Shown piece by piece: positions 10,101 to 24,099 of a DNA stretch of 64,000 nucleotides; position 1 is the first letter of the stretch; each line of letters opens with the position of its first letter. The notes under the pieces were generated by a model, which did not search any database, had not been told where the DNA came from, and was given only the letters and a program-made list of their open reading frames with translations. Origin of the DNA: the human T2T-CHM13v2.0 reference genome, Homo sapiens. The stretch lies in NCBI RefSeq assembly GCF_009914755.1, contig NC_060926.1. One strand, 5' to 3'. Position numbers and translations under genes: made by a program.

Positions 10101-13100
10101 TCTACATAAAAGCAATGTCAGAAACTTTTTCATGATGTATCTACTCAGCTAACAGAGTTGAACCTTTCTTTTGAGAGAGCAGTTTTGAAACACTCTTTTT
10201 GTGGAATCTGGAAGTGGATATTTGTCTAGCTTTGAGGATTTCGTTGGAAACGGGATTACATATAAAAAGCAGACAGCAGCATTCCCAGTAACTTCTTTGT
10301 GATGTTTGCATTCAAGTCACAGAGTTGAACATTCCCTTTCATAGAGCAGGTTTGAAACACTCTTTTTGTAGTATCTGGATGTGGACATTTGGAGCGCTTT
10401 CAGGCCTATTGTGAAAAAGGAAATATCTTCCCCTGAAAACTAGACAGAAGAATTCTCAGAATCTTATTTGTGATGTGCGCCCTCAACTAACAGTGTTGAA
10501 GCTTTCTTTTGATAGAGCAGTTTTGAAACACTCTTTTTGTAAAATCTGCAAGAGGATATTTGGATAGCTTTGAGGATTTCGTTGGAAACGGGATTGTCTT
10601 CATATAAACTCTACACAGAAGCATTCTCAGAAGCGTCATTGGGATGTTTCAATTGAAGTCACAGTGTTGAACAGTCCCTTTCATAGAGCAGGTTTGAAAC
10701 ACTCTTTTTGTAGTATCTGGATGTGGACATTTGGAGCGCTTTCAGGCCTATGGTTTAAAAGGAAATATCTTCCCCTGAAAACTAGACAGAAGCATTCTCA
10801 GAAACTTATTTGTGATGTGCGCCTTCAACTAACAGTGTTGAAGCATTCTTTTGATAGAGCAGTTTTGAAACACTCTTTTTGTGGAATCTGCAAGTGGATA
10901 TTTGTCTAGCTTTGAGGATTTCGTTGGAAACGGGATTACATATAAAAAGCAGACAGCAGCATTCCCAGAAACTTCTTTGTGATGTTTGCATTCAAGTCAC
11001 AGAGTTGAACATTCCCTTTCATAGAGCAGGTTTGAAACACTCTTTTTGTAGTATCTGGATGTGGACATTTGGAGCGCTTTCAGGCCTATGGTGAAAAAGG
11101 AAATATCTTCCCCTGAAAACTAGACAGAAGCATTCTCAGAATCTTATTTGTGATGTGCGCCCTCAACTAACAGTGTTGAAGCTTTCTTTTGATAGAGCAG
11201 TTTTGAAACACTCTTTTTGTAAAATCTGCAAGAGGATATTTGGATAGCTTTGAGGATTTCGTTGGAAACGGGATTGTCTTCATATAAACTCTAGACAGAA
11301 GCATTCTCAGAAGCTTCATTGGGATGTTTCAATTGAAGTCACAGTGTTGAACAGTCCCTTTCATAGAGCAGGTTTGAAACACTCTTTTTGTAGTATCTGG
11401 AAGTGGACCTTTGGAGCGCTCTCAGGTCTGCGGTGAAAAAGGAACTATCTTCCAATAAAAGCTAGATAGAAGAAATGTCAGAAACTTTTTCATGATGTAT
11501 CTACTCAGCTAACAGAGTTGAACCTTCCTTTGAGAGAGCAGTTTTGAAACACTCTTTTTGTGGAATCTGCAAGTGGATATTTGTCTAGCTTTGAGGATTT
11601 CGTTGGAAACGGGATTGTCTTCATATAAACTCTAGACAGAAGCATTCTCAGAAGCTTCATTGGGATGTTTCAATTGAAGTCACAGTGTTGAACAGTTCCT
11701 TTCATAGAACAGGTTTGAAACACTCTTTTTGTAGTATCTGGAAGTGGACATTTGGAGCGCTCCCAGGACTACGGTGAAAAAGGAAATATCTTCCAATAAA
11801 AGCTACATAGAAGCAATGTCAGAAACTTTTTCATGATGTATCTACTCAGCTAACAGAGTTGAACCTTTCCTTTGAGAGAGCAGTTTTGAAACACTCTTTT
11901 TGTGGAATCTGCAAGTGGATATTTGTCTAGCTTTGAGGATTTCGTTGGAAACGGGATTACATATAAAAAGCAGACAGCAGCATTCCCAGAATCTTCTTTG
12001 TGATGTTTGCATTCAAGTCACAGAGTTGAACATTCCCTTTCATAGAGCAGGTTTGAAACACTCTTTTTGTAGTATCTGGATGTGGACATTTGGAGCGCTT
12101 TCAGGCCTATGGTGAAAAAGGAAATATCTTCCCCTGAAAACTAGACAGAAGCATTCTCAGAATCTTATTTGTGATGTGCGCCCTCAACTAACAGTGTTGA
12201 AGCTTTCTTTTGATAGAGCAGTTTTGAAACACTCTTTTTGTAAAATCTGCAAGAGGATATTTGGATAGCTTTGAGGATTTCGTTGGAAACGGGATTGTCT
12301 TCATATAAACTCTAGACAGAAGCATTCTCAGAAGCTTCATTGGGATGTTTCAATTGAAGTCACAGTGTTGAACAGTCCCTTTCATAGAGCAGGTTTGAAA
12401 CACTCCTTTTGTAGTATCTGGAAGTGGACATTTGGAGCGCTCTCAGGACTGCGGTGAAAAAGGAAATATCTTCCAATAAAAGCTAGATAGAAGCAATGTC
12501 AGAAACTTTTTCATGATGTATCTACTCAGCTAACAGAGTTGAACCTTCCTTTGAGAGAGCAGTTTTGAAACACTCTTTTTGTGGAATCTGCAAGTGGATA
12601 TTTGTCTAGCTTTGAGGATTTCGTTGGAAACGGGATTGTCTTCATATAAACTCTAGACAGAAGCATTCTCAGAAGCGTCATTGGGATGTTTCAATTGAAG
12701 TCACAGTGTTGAACATTCCCTTTCATAGAGCAGGTTTGAAACACTCTTTTTGTAGTATCTGGATGTGGACATTTGGAGCGCTTTCAGGCCTATGGTTTAA
12801 AAGGAAATATCTTCCCCTGAAAACTAGACAGAAGCATTCTCAGAAACTTATTTGTGATGTGCGCCCTCAACTAACAGTGTTGAAGCATTCTTTTGATAGA
12901 GCAGTTTTGAAACACTCTTTTTGTGGAATCTGCAAGTGGATATTTGTCTAGCTTTGAGGATTTCGTTGGAAACGGGATTACATATAAAAAGCAGACAGCA
13001 GCATTCCCAGAATCTTCTTTGTGATGTTTGCATTCAAGTCACAGAGTTGAACATTCCCTTTCATAGAGCAGGTTTCAAACACTCTTTTTGTAGTATCTGG

Positions 13101-16100
13101 ATGTGGACATTTGGAGCGCTTTCAGGCCTATGGTGAAAAAGGAAATATCTTCCCCTGAAAACTAGACAGAAGCATTCTCAGAATCTTATTTGTGATGTGC
13201 GCCCTCAACTAACAGTGTTGAAGCTTTCTTTTGATAGAGCAGTTTTGAAACACTCTTTTTGTAAAATCTGCAAGAGGATATTTGGATAGCTTTGAGGATT
13301 TCGTTGGAAACGGGATTGTCTTCATATAAACTCTAGACAGAAGCATTCTCAGAAGCTTCATTGGGATGTTTCAATTGAAGTCACAGTGTTGAACAGTCCC
13401 TTTCATAGACCAGGTTTGAAACACTCTTTTTGTAGTATCTGGAAGTGGACATTTGGAACGCTCTCAGGACTGCGGTGAAAAAGGAAATATCTTCCAATAA
13501 AAGCTAGATAGAAGCAATGTCAGAAACTTTTTCATGATGTATCTACTCAGCTAACAGAGTTGAACCTTTCTTTTGAGAGAGCAGTTTTGAAACACTCGTT
13601 TTGTGGAATCTGCAAGTGGATATTTGTCTACCTTTGAGGATTTCGTTGGAAACGGGATTACATATAAAAAGCAGACAGCAGCATTCCCAGAAACTTCTTT
13701 GTGATGTTTGCATTCAAGTCACAGAGTTGAACATTCCCTTTCATCGAGCAGGTTTGAAACACTCTTTTTGTAGTATCTGGATGTGTACATTTGCAGCGCT
13801 TTCACGCCTAAGGTGAAAAAGGAAATATCTTCCCCTGAAAACTAGACAGAAGCATTCTCAGAAACTTATTTGTGATGTGCGCCCTCAACTAACAGTGTTG
13901 AAGCTTTCTTTTGATAGAGCAGTTTTGAAACACTCTTTTTGTAATATCTGCAAGAGGATATTTGGATAGCTTTGAGGATTTCGTTGGAAACGGGATTGTC
14001 TTCATATAAACTCTAGACAGAAGCATTCTCAGAAGCTTCATTGGGATGTTTCAATTGAAGTCACAGTGTTGAACAGTCCCTTTCATAGAGCAGGTTTGAA
14101 ACACTCTTTTTGTAGTATCTGGAAGTGGACATTTGGAACGCTCTCAGGACTGCGGTGAAAAAGGAAATATCTTCCAATAAAAGCTAGATAGAAGCAATGT
14201 CAGAAACTTTTTCATGATGTATCTACTCAGCTAACAGAGTTGAACCTTTCTTTTGAGAGAGCAGTTTTGAAACACTCTTTTTGTGGAATCTGCAAGTGGA
14301 TATTTGTCTAGCTTTGAGGATTTCGTTGGAAACGGGATTACATATAAAAAGCAGACAGCAGCATTCCCAGTAACTTCTTTGTGATGTTTGCATTCAAGTC
14401 ACAGAGTTGAACATTCCCTTTCATAGAGCAGGTTTGAAACACTTTTTTTGTAGTATCTGGATGTGGACATTTGGAGCGCTTTCAGGCCTATGGTGAAAAA
14501 GGAAATATCTTCCAATAAAAGCTACATAAAAGCAATGTCAGAAACTTTTTCATGATGTATCTACTCAGCTAACAGAGTTGAACCTTTCTTTTGAGAGAGC
14601 AGTTTTGAAACACTCTTTTTGTGGAATCTGGAAGTGGATATTTGTCTAGTTTTGAGGATTTCGTTGGAAACGGGATTACATATAAAAAGCAGACAGCAGC
14701 ATTCCCAGTAACTTCTTTGTGATGTTTGCATTCAAGTCACAGAGTTGAACATTCCCTTTCATAGAGCAAGTTTGAAACACTCTTTTTGTAGTATCTGGAT
14801 GTGGACATTTGGAGCGCTTTCAGGCCTATTGTGAAAAAGGAAATATCTTCCCCTGAAAACTAGACAGAAGAATTCTCAGAATCTTATTTGTGATGTGCGC
14901 CCTCAACTAACAGTGTTGAAGCTTTCTTTTGATAGAGCAGTTTTGAAACACTCTTTTTGTAAAATCTGCAAGAGGATATTTGGATAGCTTTGAGGATTTC
15001 GTTGGAAACGGGATTGTCTTCATATAAACTCTACACAGAAGCATTCTCAGAAGCGTCATTGGGATGTTTCAATTGAAGTCACAGTGTTGAACAGTCCCTT
15101 TCATAGAGCAGGTTTGAAACACTCTTTTTGTAGTATCTGGATGTGGACATTTGGAGCGCTTTCAGGCCTATGGTTTAAAAGGAAATATCTTCCCCTGAAA
15201 ACTAGACAGAAGCATTCTCAGAAACTTATTTGTGATGTGCGCCTTCAACTAACAGTGTTGAAGCATTCTTTTGATAGAGCAGTTTTGAAACACTCTTTTT
15301 GTGGAATCTGCAAGTGGATATTTGTCTAGCTTTGAGGATTTCGTTGGAAACGGGATTACATATAAAAAGCAGACAGCAGCATTCCCAGAAACTTCTTTGT
15401 GATGTTTGCATTCAAGTCACAGAGTTGAACATTCCCTTTCAGAGAGCAGGTTTGAAACACTCTTTTTGTAGTATCTGGATGTGGACATTTGGAGCGCTTT
15501 CAGGCCTATGGTGAAAAAGGAAATATCTTCCCCTGAAAACTAGACAGAAGCATTCTCAGAATCTTATTTGTGATGTGCACCCTCAACTAACAGTGTTGAA
15601 GCTTTCTTTTGATAGAGCAGTTTTGAAACACTCTTTTTGTAAAATCTGCAAGAGGATATTTGGATAGCTTTGAGGATTTCGTTGGAAACGGGATTGTCTT
15701 CATATAAACTCTAGACAGAAGCATTCTCAGAAGCTTCATTGGGATGTTTCAATTGAAGTCACAGTGTTGAACAGTCCCTTTCATAGAGCAGGTTTGAAAC
15801 ACTCCTTTTGTAGTATCTGGAAGTGGACATTTGGAGCGCTCTCAGGACTGCGGTGAAAAAGGAAATATCTTCCAATAAAAGCTAGATAGAAGCAATGTCA
15901 GAAACTTTTTCATGATGTATCTACTCAGCTAACAGAGTTGAACCTTCCTTTGAGAGAGCAGTTTTGAAACACTCTTTTTGTGGAATCTGCAAGTGGATAT
16001 TTGTCTAGCTTTGAGGATTTCGTTGGAAACGGGATTGTCTTCATATAAACTCTAGACAGAAGCATTCTCAGAAGCGTCATTGGGATGTTTCAATTGAAGT

Positions 16101-19100
16101 CACAGTGTTGAACATTCCCTTTCATAGAGCAGGTTTGAAACACTCTTTTTGTAGTATCTGGATGTGGACATTTGGAGCGCTTTCAGGCCTATGGTTTAAA
16201 AGGAAATATCTTCCCCTGAAAACTAGACAGAAGCATTCTCAGAAACTTATTTGTGATGTGCGCCCTCAACTAACAGTGTTGAAGCATTCTTTTGATAGAG
16301 CAGTTTTGAAACACTCTTTTTGTGGAATCTGCAAGTGGATATTTGTCTAGCTTTGAGGATTTCGTTGGAAACGGGATTACATATAAAAAGCAGACAGCAG
16401 CATTCCCAGTAACTTCTTTGTGATGTTTGCATTCAAGTCAGAGCGTTGAACATTCCCTTTCATAGAGCAGGTTTGAAACACTCTTTTTGAAGTATCTGGT
16501 TGTGGACATTTGGAGGGCTTTCAGGCCTATGGTGAAAAAGGAAATATCTTCCCCTGAAAACTAGACAGAAGCATTCTCAGAAACTTATTTGTGATGTGCG
16601 CCCTCAACTAACAGTGTTGAACCTTTCTTTTGATAGAGCAGTTTTGAAACACTCTTTTTGTAATATCTGCAAGAGGATATTTGGATAGCTTTGAGGATTT
16701 CGTTGGAAACGGGATTGTCTTCATATAAACTCTAGACAGAAGCATTCTCAGAAGCTTCATTGGGATGTTTCAATTGAAGTCACAGTGTTGAACAGTCCCT
16801 TTCATAGAGCAGGTTTGAAACACTCTTTTTGTAGTATCTGGAAGTGGACATTTGGAGCGCTCTCAGGACTACTGTGAAAAAGGAAATATCTTCCAATAAA
16901 AGCTAGATTGAAGCAATGTCAGAAACTTTTTCATGATGTATCTACTCAGCTAACAGAGTTGAACCTTTCTTTTGAGAGAGCAGTTTTGAAACACTCTTTT
17001 TGTGGAATCTGCAAGTGGATATTTGTCTAGCTTTGAGGATTTCGTTGGAAACGGGATTACATATAAAAAGCAGACAGCAGCATTCCCAGAATCTTCTTTG
17101 TGATGTTTGCATTCAAGTCACAGAGTTGAACATTCCCATTCATAGAGCAGGTTTGAAACACTCTTTTTGTAGTATCTGGATGTGGACATTTGGAGCGCTT
17201 TCAGGCCTATGGTGAAAAAGGAAATATCTTCCCCTGAAAACTAGACAGAAGCATTCTCAGAATCTTATTTGTGATGTGCGCCCTCAACTAACAGTGTTGA
17301 AGCTTTCTTTTGATAGAGCAGTTTTGAAACACTCTTTTTGTAAAATCTGCAAGAGGATATTTGGATAGCTTTGAGGATTTCGTTGGAAACGGGATTGTCT
17401 TCATATAAACTCTAGACAGAAGCATTCTCAGAAGCTTCATTGGGATGTTTCAATTGAAGTCACAGTGTTGAACAGTCCCTTTCATAGAGCAGGTTTGAAA
17501 CACTCTTTTTGTAGTATCTGGAAGTGGACATTTGGAGCGCTCTCAGGACTGCGGTGAAAAAGGAAATATCTTCCAATAAAAGCTAGATAGAAGCAATGTC
17601 AGAAACTTTTTCATGATGTATCTACTCAGCTAACAGAGTTGAACCTTCATTTGAGAGAGCAGTTTTGAAACACTCGTTTTGTGGAATCTGCAAGTGGATA
17701 TTTGTCTAGCTTTGAGGATTTCGTTGGAAACGGGATTACATATAAAAAGCAGACAGCAGCATTCCCAGAAACTTCTTTGTGATGTTTGCATTCAAGTCAC
17801 AGAGTTGAACATTCCCTTTCATAGAGCAGGTTTGAAACACTCTTTTTGTACTATCTGGATGTGTACATTTGCAGCGCTTTCAGGCCTAAGGTGAAAAAGG
17901 AAATATCTTCCCCTGAAAACTAGACAGAAGCATTCTCAGAAACTTATTTGTGATGTGCGCCCTCAACTAACAGTGTTGAACCTTTCTTTTGATAGAGCAG
18001 TTTTGAAACACTCTTTTGGTAAAATCTGCAAGAGGATATTTGGATAGCTTTGAGGATTTCGTTGGAAACGGGATTGTCTTCATATAAACTCTAGACAGAA
18101 GCATTCTCAGAAGCTTCATTGGGATGTTTCAATTGAAGTCACAGTGTTGAACAGTCCCTTTCATAGAGCAGGTTTGAAACACTCTTTTTGTAGTATCTGG
18201 ATGTGGACATTTGGAGCGCTTTCAGGCCTACGGTTTAAAAGGAAATATCTTCCCCTGAAAACTAGACAGAAGCATTCTCAGAAACTTATTTGTGATGTGC
18301 GCCCTCAACTAACAGTGTTGAAGCATTCTTTTGATAGAGCAGTTTTGAAACACTCTTTTTGTGGAATCTGCAAGTGGATATTTGTCTAGCTTTGAGGATT
18401 TCGTTGGAAACGGGATTAATTATAAAAAGCAGACAGCAGCATTCCCAGAATCTTGTTTGTGATGTTTGCATTCAAGTCACAGAGTTGAACATTCCCTTTC
18501 AGAGAGCAGGTTTGAAACACTCTTTTTATAGTATCTGGATGTGGACATTTGGAGCGCTTTCAGGCCTATGATGAAAAAGGAAATATCTTCTCCTGAAAAC
18601 TAGACAGAAGCATTCTCAGAATCTTATTTGTGATGTGCGCCCTCAACTAACAGTGTTGAAGCTTTCTTTTGATAGAGCAGTTTTGAAACACTCTTTTCGT
18701 AAAATCTGCAAGAGGATATTTGGATAGCTTTGAGGATTTCGTTGGAAACGGGATTGTCTTCATATAAACTCTAGACAGAAGCATTCTCAGAAGCTTCATT
18801 GGGATGTTTCAATTGAAGTCACAGTGTTGAACAGTCCCTTTCATAGAGCAGGTTTGAAACACTCTTTTTGTAGTATCTGGAAGTGGACATTTGGAGAGAT
18901 CTCAGGAATACGGTGATAAAGGTAATATCTTCCAATAAAAGCTAGATAGAAGCAATGTCAGAAACTTTTTCATGATGTATCTACTCAGCTAACAGAGTTG
19001 AACCTTTCTTTTGAGAGAGCAGTTTTGAAACACTCTTTTTGTGGAATCTGCAAGTGGATATTTGTCTAGCTTTGAGGATTTCGTTGGAAACGGGATTACA

Positions 19101-22100
19101 TAAAAAAAAGCAGACAGCAGCATTCCCAGTAACTTCTTTGTGATGTTTGCATTCAAGTCACAGAGTTGAACATTCCCTTTCATAGAGCAGGTTTGAAACA
19201 CTTTTTTTGTAGTATCTGGATGTGGACATTTGGAGCGCTTTCAGGCCTATGGTGAAAAAGGAAATATCTTCCAATAAAAGCTAGATAGAAGCAATGTCAG
19301 AAACTTTTTCATGATGTATCTACTCAGCTAACAGAGTTGAACCTTTCTTTTGAGAGAGCAGTTTTGAAACACTCTTTTTGTAAAATCTGCAAGAGGATAT
19401 TTGGATAGCTTTGAGGATTTCGTTGGAAACGGGATTGTCTTCATATAAACTCTAGACAGAAGCATTCTCAGAAGCGTCATTGGGATGTTTCAATTGAAGT
19501 CACAGTGTTGAACAGTCCCTTTCATAGAGCAGGTTTGAAACACTCTTTTTGTAGTATCTGGATGTGGACATTTGGAGCGCTTTCAGGCCTATGGTTTAAA
19601 AGGAAATATCTTCCCCTGAAAACTAGACAGAAGCATTCTCAGAAACTTATTTGTGATGTGCGCCTTCAACTAACAGTGTTGAAGCATTCTTTTGATAGAG
19701 CAGTTTTGAAACACTCTTTTTGTGGAATCTGCAAGTGGATATTTGTCTAGCTTTGAGGATTTCGTTGGAAACGGGATTACATATAAAAAGCAGACAGCAG
19801 CATTCCCAGAAATTTCTTTGTGATGTTTGCATTCAAGTCACAGAGTTGAACATTCCCTTTCAGAGAGCAGGTTTGAAACACTCTTTTTGTAGTATCTGGA
19901 TGTGGACATTTGGAGCGCTTTCAGTCCTATGGTGAAAAAGGAAATATCTTCCCCTGAAAACTAGACAGAAGCATTCTCAGAATCTTATTTGTGATGTGCG
20001 CCCTCAACTAACAGTGTTGAAGCTTTCTTTTGATAGAGCAGTTTTGAAACACTCTTTTTGTAAAATCTGCAAGAGGATATTTGGATAGCTTTGAGGATTT
20101 CGTTGGAAACGGGATTGTCTTCATATAAACTCTAGACAGAAGCATTCTCAGAAGCTTCATTGGGATGTTTCAATTGAAGTCACAGTGTTGAACAGTCCCT
20201 TTCATAGAGCAGGTTTGAAACACTCTTTTTGTAGTATCTGGAAGTGGACATTTGGAGCGCTCTCAGGACTGCGGTGAAAAAGGAACTATCTTCCAATAAA
20301 AGCTAGATAGAAGCAATGTCAGAAACTTTTTCATGATGTATCTACTCAGCTAACAGAGTTGAACCTTTCCTTTGAGAGAGCAGTTTTGAAACACTCTTTT
20401 TGTGGAATCTGCAAGTGGATATTTGTCTAGCTTTGAGGATTTCGTTGGAAACGGGATTACATATAAAAAGCAGACAGCAGCATTCCCAGTAACTTCTTTG
20501 TGATGTTTGCATTCAAGTCACAGAGTTGAACATTCACTTTCATAGAGCAGGTTTGAAACACTCTTTTTGTAGTATCTGGATGTGGACATTTGGAGCGCTT
20601 TCAGGCCTATGGTGAAAAAGGAAATATCTTCCCCTGAAAACTAGACAGAAGCATTCTCAGAAACTTATTTGTGATGTGCGCCCTCAACTAACAGTGTTGA
20701 ACCTTTCTTTTGATAGAGCAGTTTTGAAACACTCTTTTTGTAATATCTGCAAGAGGATATTTGGATAGCTTTGAGGATTTCGTTGGAAACGGGATTACAT
20801 ATAAAAAGCAGACAGCAGCATTCCCAGAATCTTGTTTGTGATGTTTGCATTCAAGTCACAGAGTTGAACATTCCCTTTCAGAGAGCAGGTTTGAAACACT
20901 CTTTTTATAGTGTCTGGATGTGGACATTTGGAGCGCTTTCAGGCCTATGGTGAAAAAGGAAATATCTTCTCCTGTAAACTAGACAGAAGCATTCTCAGAA
21001 ACTTATTTGTGATGTGCGCCCTCAACTAACAGTGTTGAAGCTTTCTTTTGATAGAGCAGTTTTGAAACACTCTTTTTGTAAAATCTGCAAGAGGATATTT
21101 GGATAGCTTTGAGGATTTCGTTGGAAACGGGATTGTCTTCATATAAACTCTAGACAGAAGCATTCTCAGAAGCTTCATTGGGATGTTTCAATTGAAGTCA
21201 CAGTGTTGAACAGTCCCTTTCATAGAGCAGGTTTGAAACACTCTTTTTGTAGTATCTGGAAGTGGACATTTGGAACGCTCTCAGGACTGCGGTGAAAAAG
21301 GAAATATCTTCCAATAAAAGCTAGATAGAAGCAATGTCAGAAACTTTTTCATGATGTATCTACTCAGCTAACAGAGTTGAACCTTTCTTTTGAGAGAGCA
21401 GTTTTGAAACACTCTTTTTGTGGAATCTGCAAGTGGATATTAGTCTAGCTTTGAGGATTTCGTTGGAAACGGGATTACATATAAAAAGCAGACAGCAGCA
21501 TTCCCAGTAACTTCTTTGTGATGTTTGCATTCAAGTCACAGAGTTGAACATTCCCTTTCATAGAGCAGGTTTGAAACACTTTTTTTGTAGTATCTGGATG
21601 TGGATATTTGGAGCGCTTTCAGGCCTATGGTGAAAAAGGAAATATCTTCCAATAAAAGCTACATAGAAGCATTCTCAGAAACTTATTTGTGATGTGCGCC
21701 CTCAACTAACAGTGTTGAAGCTTTCTTTTGATAGAGCAGTTTTGAAACACTCTTTTTGTAATATCTGCAAGAGGATATTTGGATAGCTTTGAGGATTTCG
21801 TTGGAAACGGGATTGTCTTCATATAAACTCTAGACAGAAGCATTCTCAGAAGCTTCATTGGGATGTTTCAATTGAAGTCACAGTGTTGAACAGTCCCTTT
21901 CATAGAGCAGGTTTGAAACACTCTTTTTGTAGTATCTGGAAGTGGACATTTGGAACGATCTCAGGACTGCGGTGAAAAAGGAAATATCTTCCAATAAAAG
22001 CTAGATAGAAGCAATGTCAGAAACTTTTTCATGATGTATCTACTCAGCTAACAGAGTTGAACCTTTCTTTTGAGAGAGCAGTTTTGAAACACTCTTTTTG

Positions 22101-24099
22101 TGGAATCTGCAAGTGGATATTTGTCTAGCTTTGAGGATTTCGTTGGAAACGGGATTACATATAAAAAGCAGACAGCAGCATTCCCAGTAACTTCTTTGTG
22201 ATGTTTGCATTCAAGTCACAGAGTTGAACATTCCCTTTCATAGAGCAGGTTTGAAACACTTTTTTTGTAGTATCTGGATGTGGACATTTGGAGCGCTTTC
22301 AGGCCTATGGTGAAAAAGGAAATATCTTCCAATAAAAGCTACATAAAAGCAATGTCAGAAACTTTTTCATGATGTATCTACTCAGCTAACAGAGTTGAAC
22401 CTTTCCTTTGAGAGAGCAGTTTTGAAACACTCTTTTTGTGGAATCTGCAGGTGGATATTTGTCTAGCTTTGAGGATTTCGTTGGAAACGGGATTACATAT
22501 AAAAAGCAGACAGCAGCATTCCCAGTAACTTCTTTGTGATGTTTGCATTCAAGTCACAGAGTTGAACATTGCCTTTCATAGAGCAGGTTTCAAACACTCT
22601 TTTTGTAGTATCTGGATGTGGACATTTGGAGCGCTTTCAGGCCTATGGTGAAAAAGGAAATATCTTCCCCTGAAAACTAGACAGAAGCATTCTCAGAATC
22701 TTATTTGTGATGTGCGCCCTCAACTAACAGTGTTGAAGCTTTCTTTTGATAGAGCAGTTTTGAAACACTCTTTTTGTAAAATCTGCAAGAGGATATTTGG
22801 ATAGCTTTGAGGATTTCGTTGGAAACGGGATTGTCTTCATATAAACTCTACACAGAAGCATTCTCAGAAGCTTCATTGGGATGTTTCAATTGAAGTCACA
22901 GTGTTGAACAGTCCCTTTCATAGAGCAGGTTTCAAACACTCTTTTTGTAGTATCTGGATGTGGACATTTGGAGCGCTTTCAGGCCTATGGTTTAAAAGGA
23001 AATATCTTCCCCTGAAAACTAGACAGAAGCATTCTCAGAAACTTATTTGTGATGTGCGCCCTCAACTAACAGTGTTGAAGCATTCTTTTGATAGAGCAGT
23101 TTTGAAACACTCTTTTTGTGGAATCTGCAAGTGGATATTTGTCTAGCTTTGAGGATTTCGTTGGAAACGGGATTACATATGAAAAGCAGACAGCAGCATT
23201 CCCAGAAACTTCTTTGTGATGTTTGCATTCAACTCACAGAGTTGAACATTCCCTTTCATAGAGCAGGTTTGAAACACTCTTTTTGTAGTATCTGGATGTG
23301 GACATTTGGAGCGCTTTCAGGCCTATGGTGAAAAAGGAAATATCTTCCCCTGAAAACTAGACAGAAGCATTCTCAGAAACTTATTTGTGATGTGCGCCCT
23401 CAACTAACAGTGTTGAAGCTTTCTCTTGATAGAGCAGTTTTGAAACACTCTTTTTGTAATATCTGCAAGAGGATATTTGGATAGCTTTGAGGATTTCGTT
23501 GGAAACGGGATTAATTATAAAAAGCAGACAGCAGCATTCCCAGAATCTTGTTTGTGATGTTTGCATTCAAGTGACAGAGTTGAACATTCCCTTTCAGAGA
23601 GCAGGTTTGAAACACTCTTTTTATAGTATCTGGATGTGGACATTTGGAGCGCTTTCAGGCCTATGGTGAAAAAGGAAATATCTTCTCCTGAAAACTAGAC
23701 AGAAGCATTCTCAGAATCTTATTTGTGATGTGCGCCCTCAACTAACAGTGTTGAAGCTTTCTTTTGATAGAGCAGTTTTGAAACACTCTTTTCGTAAAAT
23801 CTGCAAGAGGATATTTTGATAGCTTTGAGGATTTCGTTGGAAACGGGATTGTCTTCATATAAACTCTAGACAGAAGCATTCTCAGAAGCTTCATTGGGAT
23901 GTTTCAATTGAAGTCACAGTGTTGAACAGTCCCTTTCATAGAGCAGGTTTGAAACACTCTTTTTGTAGTATCTGGAAGTGGACATTTGGAGAGATCTCAG
24001 GAATACGGTGAAAAAGGAAATATCTTCCAATAAAAGCTACATAGAAGCAATGTCAGAAACTTTTTCATGATGTATCTACTCAGCTAACAGAGTTGAACC

